Of a DNA stretch of 30,722 nucleotides, positions 8,513 through 18,725 are shown one piece after another. A program made the position numbers and the translations under genes. Source of the stretch: Gemmatimonadota bacterium. Lineage in GTDB: Bacteria; Gemmatimonadota; Gemmatimonadetes; Palauibacterales; Palauibacteraceae. The stretch lies in assembly GCA_039588275.1 (NCBI GenBank), contig JBDHAC010000040.1, forward strand, positions 26,513 through 57,234. The letters run 5' to 3'. Numbering within the stretch: position 1 is the stretch's first letter; each line of letters starts with the position of its first letter. Under the pieces are notes generated by a model. It ran no database searches and was not told where the DNA came from. It saw only the letters and a program-made list of their open reading frames with translations.

Positions 8513-9247
8513 TCACCGCCTCGGGTCGCTCACGGCTTCCAACAGTGATTCGATCAGGCCGTCTCGCAGATCGGAGCTTCGGGCGAAGTAACCACCCAGC
8601 ACGGCCAATCGGGGTCCGGATCCCAGGTCCGTCTGGTCCAGCAGCACCTCCCCGCCGATCCCGACGTAGAGCGTCCGCAGCGTATCGTCGCGGATGCGGT
8701 ACCAAAGCTCGTCGCCATCCCGAATCCGCCGCTCCTCCAGGAATCCGAACCAGCGGGGAAGGCCGGTCTCCAGCCGTTCGAACTCGGTCTTCGATACGAT
8801 CCCCTCTTCGCTGGCCCGCTCGAGGTTGTCCATGACGCCGTCGAGGAACTGGGACAACGACACGTCGCGCTCGAAGCGGATCCTCGCCCACACGTCGGTC
8901 GACGCGAGCGCAACGGCGGCGACCGAATCAGGCGTGGCGCCGCCGGAACCTTCGGCCGCCAGGCTTATCAGGCGGGCCGTGCTCAGCTCACCGAAGCGCA
9001 GGCGCAGCCTCAGGACATCGACCTTGAAGATCGTCTTCTCGAGCAGGGTCTCCATCAGGACCGGGGGGTCGGCGGCGAGCGTGGCCGTATCGACCGGGAC
9101 GGTAGGACCGTCGAACGGGGCGGGCTGGGCGGCGGCGGGCGTGGCCAAAACCGAGAACGCGACGGAGAGGCCCACGAGGGTCGTCGACGCGACCCGTGCT
9201 CCCGACAACCGTCGCGGAATCGCAGTCGGTCTCGCCGCCTGGGTCAT
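8513..9247 (-). CDS. Secreted hypothetical protein, possibly chalcone-isomerase-like fold
   Basis: Signal peptide ending PAAA-QP; segments IFKVDV, ARIRFERDVS, IRDGDEL and LAVLGGYF....DLRDGLI parallel the motif order of bacterial chalcone-isomerase-like proteins (by eye only). Confidence 0.6.
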   Translation of the reverse strand: MTQAARPTAIPRRLSGARVASTTLVGLSVAFSVLATPAAAQPAPFDGPTVPVDTATLAADPPVLMETLLEKTIFKVDVLRLRLRFGELSTARLISLAAEGSGGATPDSVAAVALASTDVWARIRFERDVSLSQFLDGVMDNLERASEEGIVSKTEFERLETGLPRWFGFLEERRIRDGDELWYRIRDDTLRTLYVGIGGEVLLDQTDLGSGPRLAVLGGYFARSSDLRDGLIESLLEAVSDPRR

Positions 9248-9297
9248 GGACCCGCCCTCATGAAGCCTGCTGCCTGTGATCGTTCAGGACCGGTTGC

Positions 9298-9340
9298 TTG
9301 CTGCGTGTGGAACTCTCAGGGTATCTTATTTGGCTAGAAT
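9298..9340 (+). promoter_or_regulatory. Candidate sigma70 promoter(s) for rpmE-prfA-prmC
   Basis: AT-rich patch with TTGCTG (9298-9303), 18 nt, TATCTT (9322-9327), and a near-consensus TAGAAT (9335-9340). Confidence 0.45.
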
Positions 9341-9454
9341 TGAAACACATGAAACCCGCGACGAGCGTGGAGGGTCCCTGCGACCCAAGCCGGGACTCGA
9401 GACCCGCGTCGGCCATATTCATGCCGGAGCGCCGACGGCACGACCGGAGATACG

Positions 9455-9895
9455 ATGAAGGCAGGCATACACCCAGAATACGAGAAGGCGCTCATCACGT
9501 GCGCCTGTGGACGAGTCACCGAGACGCGGTCGACCGTCGGTGAGCTCCACGTAGAGATCTGCTCGCACTGCCACCCGTTCTTCACGGGCAGGCAGAAGCT
9601 CGTCGACACGGCCGGTCGCGTGGAACGCTTCATGGCCAAGTACGGCATGGAGGAGGGCGAGGGAGACCCGGGGACCGAGGTCGCCGCCCGAGAAGGTGCG
9701 ATCCGTGAGCCCGCTGTCGAGGCGGAGCAGACGGCCGCGGAGGCCGAGAGCGCTCAAGCTGTCGAGGTGGAGGCCGAAGCGGAGGCCGAGAACGATCAAC
9801 CCACCGAAGTGGAGGGCGAGTCCGAGGCGCCGGCCCCCGCGATCGATGACGCCGAAGAAGTCGATGAGGAGACCGGAGCGGCGATCGACGCCTGA
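9455..9895 (+). CDS. rpmE: 50S ribosomal protein bL31 (zinc-binding type) with long acidic C-terminal extension
   Basis: MKAGIHPEY...CACG...[33 protein letters not shown]; upstream of prfA-prmC. Confidence 0.96.
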   Translation: MKAGIHPEYEKALITCACGRVTETRSTVGELHVEICSHCHPFFTGRQKLVDTAGRVERFMAKYGMEEGEGDPGTEVAAREGAIREPAVEAEQTAAEAESAQAVEVEAEAEAENDQPTEVEGESEAPAPAIDDAEEVDEETGAAIDA

Positions 9896-9986
9896 TTCGT
9901 CGCTCCGCCGTACCCCCACCCATTTACGCCGGTGAGGCTTACCGGTCCTTCCGCTCGCTGCAGGGCGGCCCGCGGGACTCGAAACG

Positions 9987-11075
9987 ATGAACGATCCAGC
10001 TGACCGATTGGCCGAGCGAATCCGCGACGCCGTGCAGCGCTACGAGGAGATCGGGCGCCGAATGGCCGATCCCGAAGTTCTCGGAGACCTCGAGCAGCTA
10101 CGAGATCTGGCCCGCGAGCACTCCGATCTGGAGACCGTCGCAGATCGGGGGCGTGCGTATCTCAAGCTGCTTGACGAGCTCGACCAGGCGAGAGAGTTGG
10201 CGGCGAGCGACGATCCCGAGCTGGAAGAGCTGGCCGCCGCCGAGGTCCAAGAGCTCGAGGCGCGGCGAGACTCCGAGAACGAAGAGCTTCGCCGCCTCCT
10301 GGTGCCCAGCGACCCGCTGGATGATCGACCGGCCGTGGTCGAGATCCGCGCCGGCACCGGCGGCGATGAGGCGGCGCTGTTCGCTGCGGACCTGCACCGC
10401 ATGTACTCCCGCTTCGCCGGAAACAAGGGCTGGGCGATCGAGACCGTGAGCCTGAGCGAGGGCACTCTGGGGGGTGTGAAAGAGGTGGTGTTCATCGCAA
10501 GAGGAAAGCAGGCCTACGGTCTTCTCCGATACGAATCAGGCGTCCATCGGGTGCAACGCGTGCCCGAGACGGAGAGTCAGGGACGCATTCATACCTCGGC
10601 GGCGACCGTGGCCATCTTGCCGGAAGCGGAGGAGGTGGACATCGATATCGATCCGAGCGAGTTGAAGATCGATGTCTTCCGGTCATCCGGCCCCGGTGGA
10701 CAGTCCGTGAACACGACCGACTCGGCCGTCCGGATCACGCACATTCCGACCAACGTCGTGGTCACCTGCCAGGACGAGAAATCGCAACACAAGAACAAGG
10801 CGAAGGCTCTCAAGGTGCTGCGAAGCCGACTGCTCGACCGAATGATCGCCGAACAGGAGTCCCAGCGTGCGCGTGAGCGACGCCATCAGGTCGGGACCGG
10901 TGATCGCTCGGCCAAGATCCGCACGTACAATTTCCCTCAAAACCGCGTGACCGATCACCGAATCGGCCTCACGACCCACCGGCTCGAGGCCATCTTGGAC
11001 GGGGAGCTCGACGAGGTCGTGGCGGCCGTGCGCGAAGCCGGCCTGGAGGAACGATTGGCGGCCGGAGGGGAGTGA
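9987..11075 (+). CDS. prfA: Peptide chain release factor 1
   Basis: EIRAGTGGDEAALFA, ESGVHRVQRVPETESQGRIHTS (PxT motif), GPGGQSVN (GGQ), IRTYNFPQNRVTDHR. Confidence 0.98.
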   Translation: MNDPADRLAERIRDAVQRYEEIGRRMADPEVLGDLEQLRDLAREHSDLETVADRGRAYLKLLDELDQARELAASDDPELEELAAAEVQELEARRDSENEELRRLLVPSDPLDDRPAVVEIRAGTGGDEAALFAADLHRMYSRFAGNKGWAIETVSLSEGTLGGVKEVVFIARGKQAYGLLRYESGVHRVQRVPETESQGRIHTSAATVAILPEAEEVDIDIDPSELKIDVFRSSGPGGQSVNTTDSAVRITHIPTNVVVTCQDEKSQHKNKAKALKVLRSRLLDRMIAEQESQRARERRHQVGTGDRSAKIRTYNFPQNRVTDHRIGLTTHRLEAILDGELDEVVAAVREAGLEERLAAGGE

Positions 11076-12001
11076 TGCGCGAGCGAGCCGGGGAGCCGGT
11101 CCGCCGGCCGGGCGCGCCTTTGCGAGGCGACGTATTGCGTGGGGTCGCGGCCGAGCTCGAGGCGGCGGGGCTGGAGTCGCCCCTCCTCGAGGCCGAACGC
11201 CTGCTCGCTCACGTCCTCGGGATCTCGCGCTCCGATCTCGTGCTGACCGCGAGGGAGAGCCTCGATCCCCGGGCTGCCGGTGCTCTGGCCGAGGCCGTCG
11301 CACGCCGACTCGATCACGAACCGCTGCAGCACATCGAAGGGAGCGCCGCGTTTCGCGAGCTCGTCCTGGTCTCCGATCGCCGCGCCCTGATCCCTCGGCC
11401 CGAAACGGAGCAGCTTCTGGATCGAGTGGGCGATTGGGTCGGGAGCCGCGCTCCGCTCGAGCGGGCCCTGGACATCGGCACGGGCTCTGGCGCGATCGCC
11501 CTTGCGCTACTCGGCGAAGGGCTCGCCGAGATCGTAGTGGGATTGGATACGTCGGCGGTGGCGCTGGCGCAGGCGAAAGAGAACGCCGTTCGATCCGGCG
11601 TCGCAGAGGGTCGCCTCGACCTGCGGCTTTGTCCCGCGGACATCTGGTCCGCGCTCGATTCTGAGGAACGATTCGACCTCATCGTATCGAATCCGCCGTA
11701 CGTGGCGGACACGGAGGTGGATCGCCTTCCGGAGGAGATCCGTCGCTTCGAGCCGTCAACGGCCCTCGCCGGAGGGGCCGATGGCCTCGCGGTGATCAGG
11801 ATCATCGTCGACGGTGCCAGAGCCCACCTCGTCCCCGGGGCGGGGCTCTTTCTGGAAATTGGCGAGGGGCAGGAGAGCGCGGTGCGTGCTCTCCTCGCGA
11901 ATACCGAAGCCTTCGAGGCCATCTCGGTCGACGCCGATCTCGCGGGGCATGAGCGGTTCGTCTTCGCGCGCCGGCGCACGCCTTCGGATTCGCGCGGATG
12001 A
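11075..12001 (+). CDS. prmC: Release factor glutamine methyltransferase (HemK)
   Basis: EPLQHI, LIPRPETE, LDIGTGSGAIA, IVSNPPY, EP..ALAGGADGL; TGATG overlap with the prfA stop (GTG 11072 is an alternative start). Confidence 0.96.
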   Translation: MRERAGEPVRRPGAPLRGDVLRGVAAELEAAGLESPLLEAERLLAHVLGISRSDLVLTARESLDPRAAGALAEAVARRLDHEPLQHIEGSAAFRELVLVSDRRALIPRPETEQLLDRVGDWVGSRAPLERALDIGTGSGAIALALLGEGLAEIVVGLDTSAVALAQAKENAVRSGVAEGRLDLRLCPADIWSALDSEERFDLIVSNPPYVADTEVDRLPEEIRRFEPSTALAGGADGLAVIRIIVDGARAHLVPGAGLFLEIGEGQESAVRALLANTEAFEAISVDADLAGHERFVFARRRTPSDSRG

Positions 12002-12009
12002 ACCGACGT

Positions 12010-12038
12010 TCGCGCCGTTCCGGGCCATTCGTTATACT
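12010..12038 (+). promoter_or_regulatory. Candidate promoter for the ylbF-like / PIP synthase genes
   Basis: TATACT at 12033-12038 in the 129-bp gap after prmC; the -35 is weak. Confidence 0.3.
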
Positions 12039-12130
12039 CGGGCGGCAGCCGGCCCCGGTTCAGAATCGGCGGCGGCGGCCGGCTCCCTCCGAACTACCGG
12101 CTTCGCTCTGATACGCAATGTGACGGTGCG

Positions 12131-12499
12131 ATGGACACGCGTGAGCTGATATTCGAGAAGGCCGAAGACCTCGGCCGATTGATCTCCCAGATGCCCGAGT
12201 ACGCCTATCTGCAAGCGGCTCATCGCGAGATCGGCGATGACCGCGAGGCCACGGAAACGCTGAACCGGCTCAGAGAGCTTCAGGAAAATCTGCTCGCGGC
12301 CATCCAACGTGGCGAGCAGCCGTCGGCCGAGCAGGAGGAGGAGTACGCGAAGCTCCAGGAGGAGATCCAACAGAGCACGCGATATCAGGCGCTCATCTCC
12401 GCGCAGGCCAACTTCGACAAGCTGATGGAGAGGATCCACCAATCCATCGGCCAGGGCATCAAGAAAGGCGAGGAGAGCCGGATCATCATCCCGTCATGA
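12131..12499 (+). CDS. YlbF/YmcA (Com_YlbF) family protein
   Basis: All-helical 122 aa: KAEDLGRLI...PEY...D.EA...L.AQ..F..LM..I...I pattern typical of the family. Confidence 0.8.
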   Translation: MDTRELIFEKAEDLGRLISQMPEYAYLQAAHREIGDDREATETLNRLRELQENLLAAIQRGEQPSAEQEEEYAKLQEEIQQSTRYQALISAQANFDKLMERIHQSIGQGIKKGEESRIIIPS

Positions 12500-13221
12500 A
12501 GAGCATCCGCGATCTCTTCGAACGGGGCCTGCGCCTGACCTTCGAGCCCATCATGGGGTTCCTGGCCCGCAAGCGGGTCCACCCGAATCTGATCAGCACG
12601 ATGGGGTTCGTCGTCACCTGCTCATCGGGCTACTTCTTCCACCAGCACCACGTCCGGACGGCCGGGCTTCTGATCCTGCTCGGAGGTCTTTTCGATCTAT
12701 TCGACGGAACGGTCGCGCGTAGGACCGGCCTCGCCTCCGCATTCGGGGCTTTCTACGACTCGACCCTGGATCGCCTGTCCGAGATCGTCGTCTACCTGGG
12801 GCTGCTGTCGCTGTACAACGACTATCGCCTGGAGCTCGGCGACGTCGGGATGATCTATTGGATCGTCCTGGCCATGGCTGGCTCGTTGATGATCAGCTAC
12901 ACGCGCGCTCGGGCCGAGGGACTGAACGTGGAGTGCCACGTCGGGCTCATGCAGCGAGCGGAGCGCGTGATCCTGATCGGGTTCGCGGCTCTTCTGTTCG
13001 GCGAGTCGACGCTCGCCGGTCAGCGGGGTCTGGTGCTGAAGGTCGTGATCGTTTCTCTCGCGATCCTGACGAACATTACCGCGATCCAGCGGATCTGGTG
13101 GGTGTACCGATCGACCCGCCCAGCGTCGGTGGGAACCGGCGATGAGGGGGCGAAGCACGAGCCTGTCTCCGAAGCCGAAGTAGTAGCCGAAGCGTCCAGC
13201 CGCACGGTCCCGAGCGGGTAG
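12496..13221 (+). CDS. CDP-alcohol phosphatidyltransferase, probable phosphatidylinositol-phosphate synthase
   Basis: Signature DLFDGTVARRTGLASAFGAFYDSTLDR; HPN.IS, SYTRARAE and GLMQRAER resemble PIP/AIP synthases; lies next to ino1; ATGA overlap with the upstream gene. Confidence 0.88.
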   Translation: MKSIRDLFERGLRLTFEPIMGFLARKRVHPNLISTMGFVVTCSSGYFFHQHHVRTAGLLILLGGLFDLFDGTVARRTGLASAFGAFYDSTLDRLSEIVVYLGLLSLYNDYRLELGDVGMIYWIVLAMAGSLMISYTRARAEGLNVECHVGLMQRAERVILIGFAALLFGESTLAGQRGLVLKVVIVSLAILTNITAIQRIWWVYRSTRPASVGTGDEGAKHEPVSEAEVVAEASSRTVPSG

Positions 13222-13315
13222 GGCGGGCCACTTGACTCCTCTCTCGTGGCGGGTGGAAATCGCGGCGATCCTATCCTGATAACCCACATTCGATGAATGG
13301 GTGCAATCGAATATC

Positions 13316-14638
<1,323 letters not shown>

Positions 14639-14683
14639 CCGGACCGGCGGGTCGCTGAACGCCTCCGCGAGGAGCGAACCGCG

Positions 14684-15367
14684 ATGAGCGGAGCGGCGGA
14701 GGGACGGACCGAGCTCCCGGGGCTCTTCCTCGCCCTCGAGGGCTCGGAGGGCGCCGGGAAGTCGATTCAGATGTCGCGTCTCGCGGCCCACCTCGACTCG
14801 AGGAACGTACCGAACCGCCTCACGCGTGAGCCCGGCGGGACCCCAATCGGTGAAGTGATCCGGAAGCACATGCTGCGGGGGCAGCCCGACATCGCGATCG
14901 ATGGGCTGACCGAGTTGCTTCTCGTCTCCGCCGCTCGCGCGGCGCATGTGCGAGAGGTGATCCGGCCGGCCCTCGCGCAGGGACAGGTCGTGGTGACGGA
15001 TCGATACGAGCTCTCGAGCCGCGCGTATCAGGGGTACGGGCGCGGAGTGGACCTGGACGTCGTGGAGGCGGTCACCCGGTATGCCACCGGCGGCCTCGCC
15101 CCTGATCTTTACATCGTGCTCGACCTGCCCACCGAAGTGGGACTGGCCCGCCGCCGCGAGGCGGGTTTCGATCCTGATCGCATCGAGCGCGAGGACGCGG
15201 CATTCATGGAACGCGTCAGGCAGGGGTATCTGATGCTCGCGGAGTCCAGCGACCGTATCGTGCTGATCGACGGGAGCGCTCCCCCCGACGACGTCACGGC
15301 AAGGCTGCTGGACACGTTGTGCGCCCGCTTTCCCGCTTGGTTCGGCTCCGCCCCTCAGGCTGGGTGA
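14684..15367 (+). CDS. tmk: Thymidylate kinase
   Basis: EGSEGAGKS P-loop, TREPGGT, ELLL..AARA.H, DRY..SS.AYQG.GRG, PDL, DRIE. Confidence 0.96.
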   Translation: MSGAAEGRTELPGLFLALEGSEGAGKSIQMSRLAAHLDSRNVPNRLTREPGGTPIGEVIRKHMLRGQPDIAIDGLTELLLVSAARAAHVREVIRPALAQGQVVVTDRYELSSRAYQGYGRGVDLDVVEAVTRYATGGLAPDLYIVLDLPTEVGLARRREAGFDPDRIEREDAAFMERVRQGYLMLAESSDRIVLIDGSAPPDDVTARLLDTLCARFPAWFGSAPQAG

Positions 15368-15400
15368 AGCGTTCGGGCGCGACGGTTCAGCAGGGTGAGC

Positions 15401-15428
15401 CCGGGTGTGGAGGAGTCGCCACACCCGG
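15401..15428. other. GC-rich hairpin downstream of tmk
   Basis: CCGGGTGTGG (15401-15410), 8-nt loop, CCACACCCGG (15419-15428); perfect 10-bp stem with no U-tract. Confidence 0.5.
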
Positions 15429-15661
15429 CGCTGGGCATCGGGTCGGCGGTGGCGCGAGCGAGCGACGAGGCGCGCTTCGACCTTGCTGAGCGGTGAAACT
15501 TTCGCAGACGACGCGGGGTTACGACATTAAGTCGCCGGCGGGCCCTGGGGCCCGGCGTGGGCGGTGCCGGACCACTGGTGCGGTTTCCGGGGGAAGGATG
15601 GCCCGGAATCTGCCGCCCATACACAGCCTGTAGGCGGGCTCACACTCGACACGGAGGACGG

Positions 15662-17311
15662 ATGAGATTCGAGCGACCGTGGACAACCGCACTCGTGGTG
15701 GGCGTCATCTCGCTCACGAGCGGCGGCTGGCTGCTCAATCAGGGGACAGGTGTGAACGTTGTCGAGAGCGAGCGGCTCCTGGACGAGGTGCACCGCCTCA
15801 TCTCGGACCGATTCGTCGATCAGATCGAGCCCGGTGATCTGTACCAGATGGCGATCGACGGGATGCTGCGCGAGATCGGCGATCCCTACACGTCGTTCCT
15901 CGACCGCGACGCCTGGGAGGATATCCGGTACAGCACGACCGGGAACTACGGCGGGCTGGGGATCCGAATCGGTGAGAAGAACGGTTGGATCACGGTCGTG
16001 GCGGTTCTGCCGGGAACGCCGGCGGAGCGCGAGGGCCTCGTGGTCGGCGATCGTATCATAGAGGTGGAAGGCGAGTCGGCCGAGAACTGGACGCCAGACA
16101 AGGCGGTTCAGATCCTGCGCGGACCAAAGGGGAGCCCGGTGAACATCGGCATCGCCCGCGTGGGCCTCGATCAGCCGCTGCGCTTCCGGATCGTGCGCGA
16201 CGAGATCCACGTCGTACAGGTGCAGTCGTTCCCGCTCGAAGACGGCATCGGCTACGTCAAGCTGAACGGATTCAGCCGCGAAGCGCAGGAGGAGCTGGTC
16301 GACGCGATCGACGGCCTCCTGGCGCAGCGCTCGAAGTCGATCGTCCTCGATCTGCGCCTGAACCCGGGCGGGTTGCTCGAAGAGGGCATCGCCGTCACCG
16401 ATCTGTTCCTGGATCGAGGTCTGGAGGTGGTAGAGACGCGTTCACGGCTCCCGGACCAGAACTACACCTATCGCGCGCCGTCTCCACAGCGATACGAAGG
16501 GGTGCCGCTGGTGGTGCTCGTCAACGAGTGGAGCGCCTCCGCCTCCGAGATCGTCGCCGGCGCTCTGCAGGATCACGACCGCGCGCTGATCGTGGGCACG
16601 ATGACGTTCGGGAAGGGCTCGGTTCAAACCGTTTACGGTCTCTCGGGCGGCAACCACATCAAGATCACGACGGCGCGCTGGTATACGCCGGTCGGACGCT
16701 CGATCCAGAAGGACTTCGACCACGACGGGGCGATGCGCAACCTGGTGGCCAGCGCGGTCACGGTGAGCGGCGAGCCCGTTGCCATTCCGGAGTCCGACGA
16801 CGTGGAGCGTGAGGGCTTTCTGACTGATGCGGGGCGTACCGTGTACGGAGGGGGCGGGATCACTCCGGACGTGGTCGTCATGCCCGACACGCTCACCACG
16901 CACGAGCAAGGACTTCGCCGCGCCATCGTTACTGCCGGTGTGGTTCCGCGCGACGCGGCATTCCGCTGGGCGGTCAAGTGGGCGCAGGATCACCCGAACC
17001 TGCGGAAGGGCTTCAGGGTGACGGGCGCGATGCGCGACGGATACTACGACCGGCTCAGCGAGGAAGGAGCGACCGTAGAACGCGATCTGTTCGACCGATC
17101 CCTCGGGTACGTGGATTGGCTGCTCGGGGTCGAATTGGCCGGCGCCGCGCTCAACGAAGTCGCTCAACAGGAGGCTCGCCTGGCACGGGACAGCCAGGTG
17201 TGGGAGGCCCTGCGCTTGCTGCGGCAGGCGGAGACACCCGAAGCGCTCCTGTCCCTGGTCGCGACCGGGATGGAGCAGGAGGCGGTTGCACCACCCCCCG
17301 AATCGTACTAA
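15662..17311 (+). CDS. S41 family carboxyl-terminal processing protease (CtpA/Prc-like) with PDZ domain
   Basis: N-terminal TM, DPYT, GLGI PDZ motif, LDLRLNPGGLL, SASASEIVAGALQDHDRA, TFGKGSVQ, TARWYTP.GRSIQ; GGAGG RBS before ATG 15662. Confidence 0.95.
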   Translation: MRFERPWTTALVVGVISLTSGGWLLNQGTGVNVVESERLLDEVHRLISDRFVDQIEPGDLYQMAIDGMLREIGDPYTSFLDRDAWEDIRYSTTGNYGGLGIRIGEKNGWITVVAVLPGTPAEREGLVVGDRIIEVEGESAENWTPDKAVQILRGPKGSPVNIGIARVGLDQPLRFRIVRDEIHVVQVQSFPLEDGIGYVKLNGFSREAQEELVDAIDGLLAQRSKSIVLDLRLNPGGLLEEGIAVTDLFLDRGLEVVETRSRLPDQNYTYRAPSPQRYEGVPLVVLVNEWSASASEIVAGALQDHDRALIVGTMTFGKGSVQTVYGLSGGNHIKITTARWYTPVGRSIQKDFDHDGAMRNLVASAVTVSGEPVAIPESDDVEREGFLTDAGRTVYGGGGITPDVVVMPDTLTTHEQGLRRAIVTAGVVPRDAAFRWAVKWAQDHPNLRKGFRVTGAMRDGYYDRLSEEGATVERDLFDRSLGYVDWLLGVELAGAALNEVAQQEARLARDSQVWEALRLLRQAETPEALLSLVATGMEQEAVAPPPESY

Positions 17312-17378
17312 CGATGCGGTCGGGCGGCGGGCGCTCGGGACCCTCCGCTCGATCCGATAAGAACTCCGGGGATTCGGA

Positions 17379-17807
17379 ATGAAGCTGGCACGCCCGCGCA
17401 CCCTATACGTCATGTCCGCCCTGGCTTTGGGGCTCATCGCCGTCGCGGCCTGCGGGAGCGGAGGGGGCCACACGTTCACCCGCCTGTCGATCTCACCCGG
17501 TGAAGTCCAGGAGAGCGCCTACGCGACGGCGTTCGAGGTCCTCTCGCACCACCGCGAGCTGATCGTGTTCGAGGACCGCATCGGTTTCCGCGGGGGAGGT
17601 GATTTGGACGGCCTCGACCGGCAGGTCTACTCCGTGCCCATCCTCATGGTCGACGGCGACCGGAACCTGAATGATCCGATCACGGTCCTCCGTCGGATCC
17701 CCGCCGAGGAGATCGCCGCCATCGAGCTGTGGCGCGCCAGCATGGTGCCGCCCGAGTATCGCCGCTCAGGGTGGCAGGGCGGAGTGATCTCGATCCGGAC
17801 GAGGTAG
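17379..17807 (+). CDS. Lipoprotein consisting of a stand-alone TonB-dependent-receptor plug-like domain
   Basis: Lipobox VAAC; C-terminal PILMVDG...LRRIPAEEIAAIELWRAS...Y...GWQGGVISIRTR parallels the plug consensus PLxVVDG...IxxxxIxxIEV...YG...xGVIxIxT; no beta-barrel follows. Confidence 0.75.
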   Translation: MKLARPRTLYVMSALALGLIAVAACGSGGGHTFTRLSISPGEVQESAYATAFEVLSHHRELIVFEDRIGFRGGGDLDGLDRQVYSVPILMVDGDRNLNDPITVLRRIPAEEIAAIELWRASMVPPEYRRSGWQGGVISIRTR

Positions 17808-17866
17808 CCGGTCCGGGATCCTGCGGGCGGGTCGCTCGAGTTCTTCACCCACCTGCCAGGCCGTAC

Positions 17867-17903
17867 GCCCTCCGACGCACGGCGCGTGGGAGGGCTTTTC
17901 GTT
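17867..17903 (+). terminator. Probable Rho-independent terminator after the plug lipoprotein gene
   Basis: GCCCTCC-G-ACGC / GCGT-G-GGAGGGC stem (17867-17895, one G.G mismatch) followed by TTTTCGTT. Confidence 0.6.
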
Positions 17904-17972
17904 GCTCACCGGGAGCGCGTCAGGACGCCCTCGGTAGCGAATGAGATCCCGCGAAGTCATGAAGAGGCTCGA

Positions 17973-18725
17973 GTGTCTCAGCGGCCTGCCAGCCCCGAGA
18001 TGTGCCGCCCGTCGCGCCGACTGATGGTCTTCGCGAGGTTGCCGCGCGCCGGAGAGGTGAAGACGCGGCTGATTCCTGTGCTCGGTAGGAAAGGCGCCGA
18101 GAAGCTGTACGGGGCCTTCCTGGACGACACGATCCACATGGCGCGGCAGATCGATGGCGTCACGCGTGCGCTCTGGGTCGTGCGCCACCCGGATGCCATC
18201 CGAGAAATGCAGGGGAGGTATGTGGACTTCGCGGTACGCGAGCAGCCCAGCGGAGACCTTGGCAACCGCATGCGCAGGGCGTTCGAGCACGCCTTCGGGG
18301 AGCGAGTTGATTACGCCGTCATCGTCGGGAGCGACCATCCCACCCTCCCCGCCTCCTATGTCAGGCGAGCCTTCGACGCCTTGAAGGGTGCGCATCTGGT
18401 GCTCGGTCCGACCGAAGACGGTGGCTACTACGCGATCGGTCTCCGACGATACGCCTGGCCACTGGCGGCGGGGCTGTTCGCCGACATCGCCTGGTCTACG
18501 CCCGCGGTGCTGACCCAGACCCGACACCGGGCCTCAACGCTCGGCCTGTGCCACGTGGAGCTCCCGACATGGTACGATGTCGACGAACCCCACCAGCTGG
18601 CCCGGCTCGTCTCGGACGCGGATCCAGACAGCGCCACGATGCGGGCGCTCCAGGCCCTGGACAGCGCCGCGGTGCCCGAGGGACGTGGCACGGTGCCTCG
18701 ACTCGGGGAAGGAGGGGGCTCGTGA
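17973..18725 (+). CDS. TIGR04282 / DUF2064 family GT-A-fold transferase (CofC-like fold)
   Basis: VFARLPRAGEVKTRL, Q..GDLG.RM..AF, IVGSDHPTL, VLGPTEDGGYYAIGL, F..IAWST..VL..T, WYDVDEP. GTG 17973 has a GAAGAGG RBS; ATG 18000 is an alternative. Confidence 0.9.
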   Translation: MSQRPASPEMCRPSRRLMVFARLPRAGEVKTRLIPVLGRKGAEKLYGAFLDDTIHMARQIDGVTRALWVVRHPDAIREMQGRYVDFAVREQPSGDLGNRMRRAFEHAFGERVDYAVIVGSDHPTLPASYVRRAFDALKGAHLVLGPTEDGGYYAIGLRRYAWPLAAGLFADIAWSTPAVLTQTRHRASTLGLCHVELPTWYDVDEPHQLARLVSDADPDSATMRALQALDSAAVPEGRGTVPRLGEGGGS

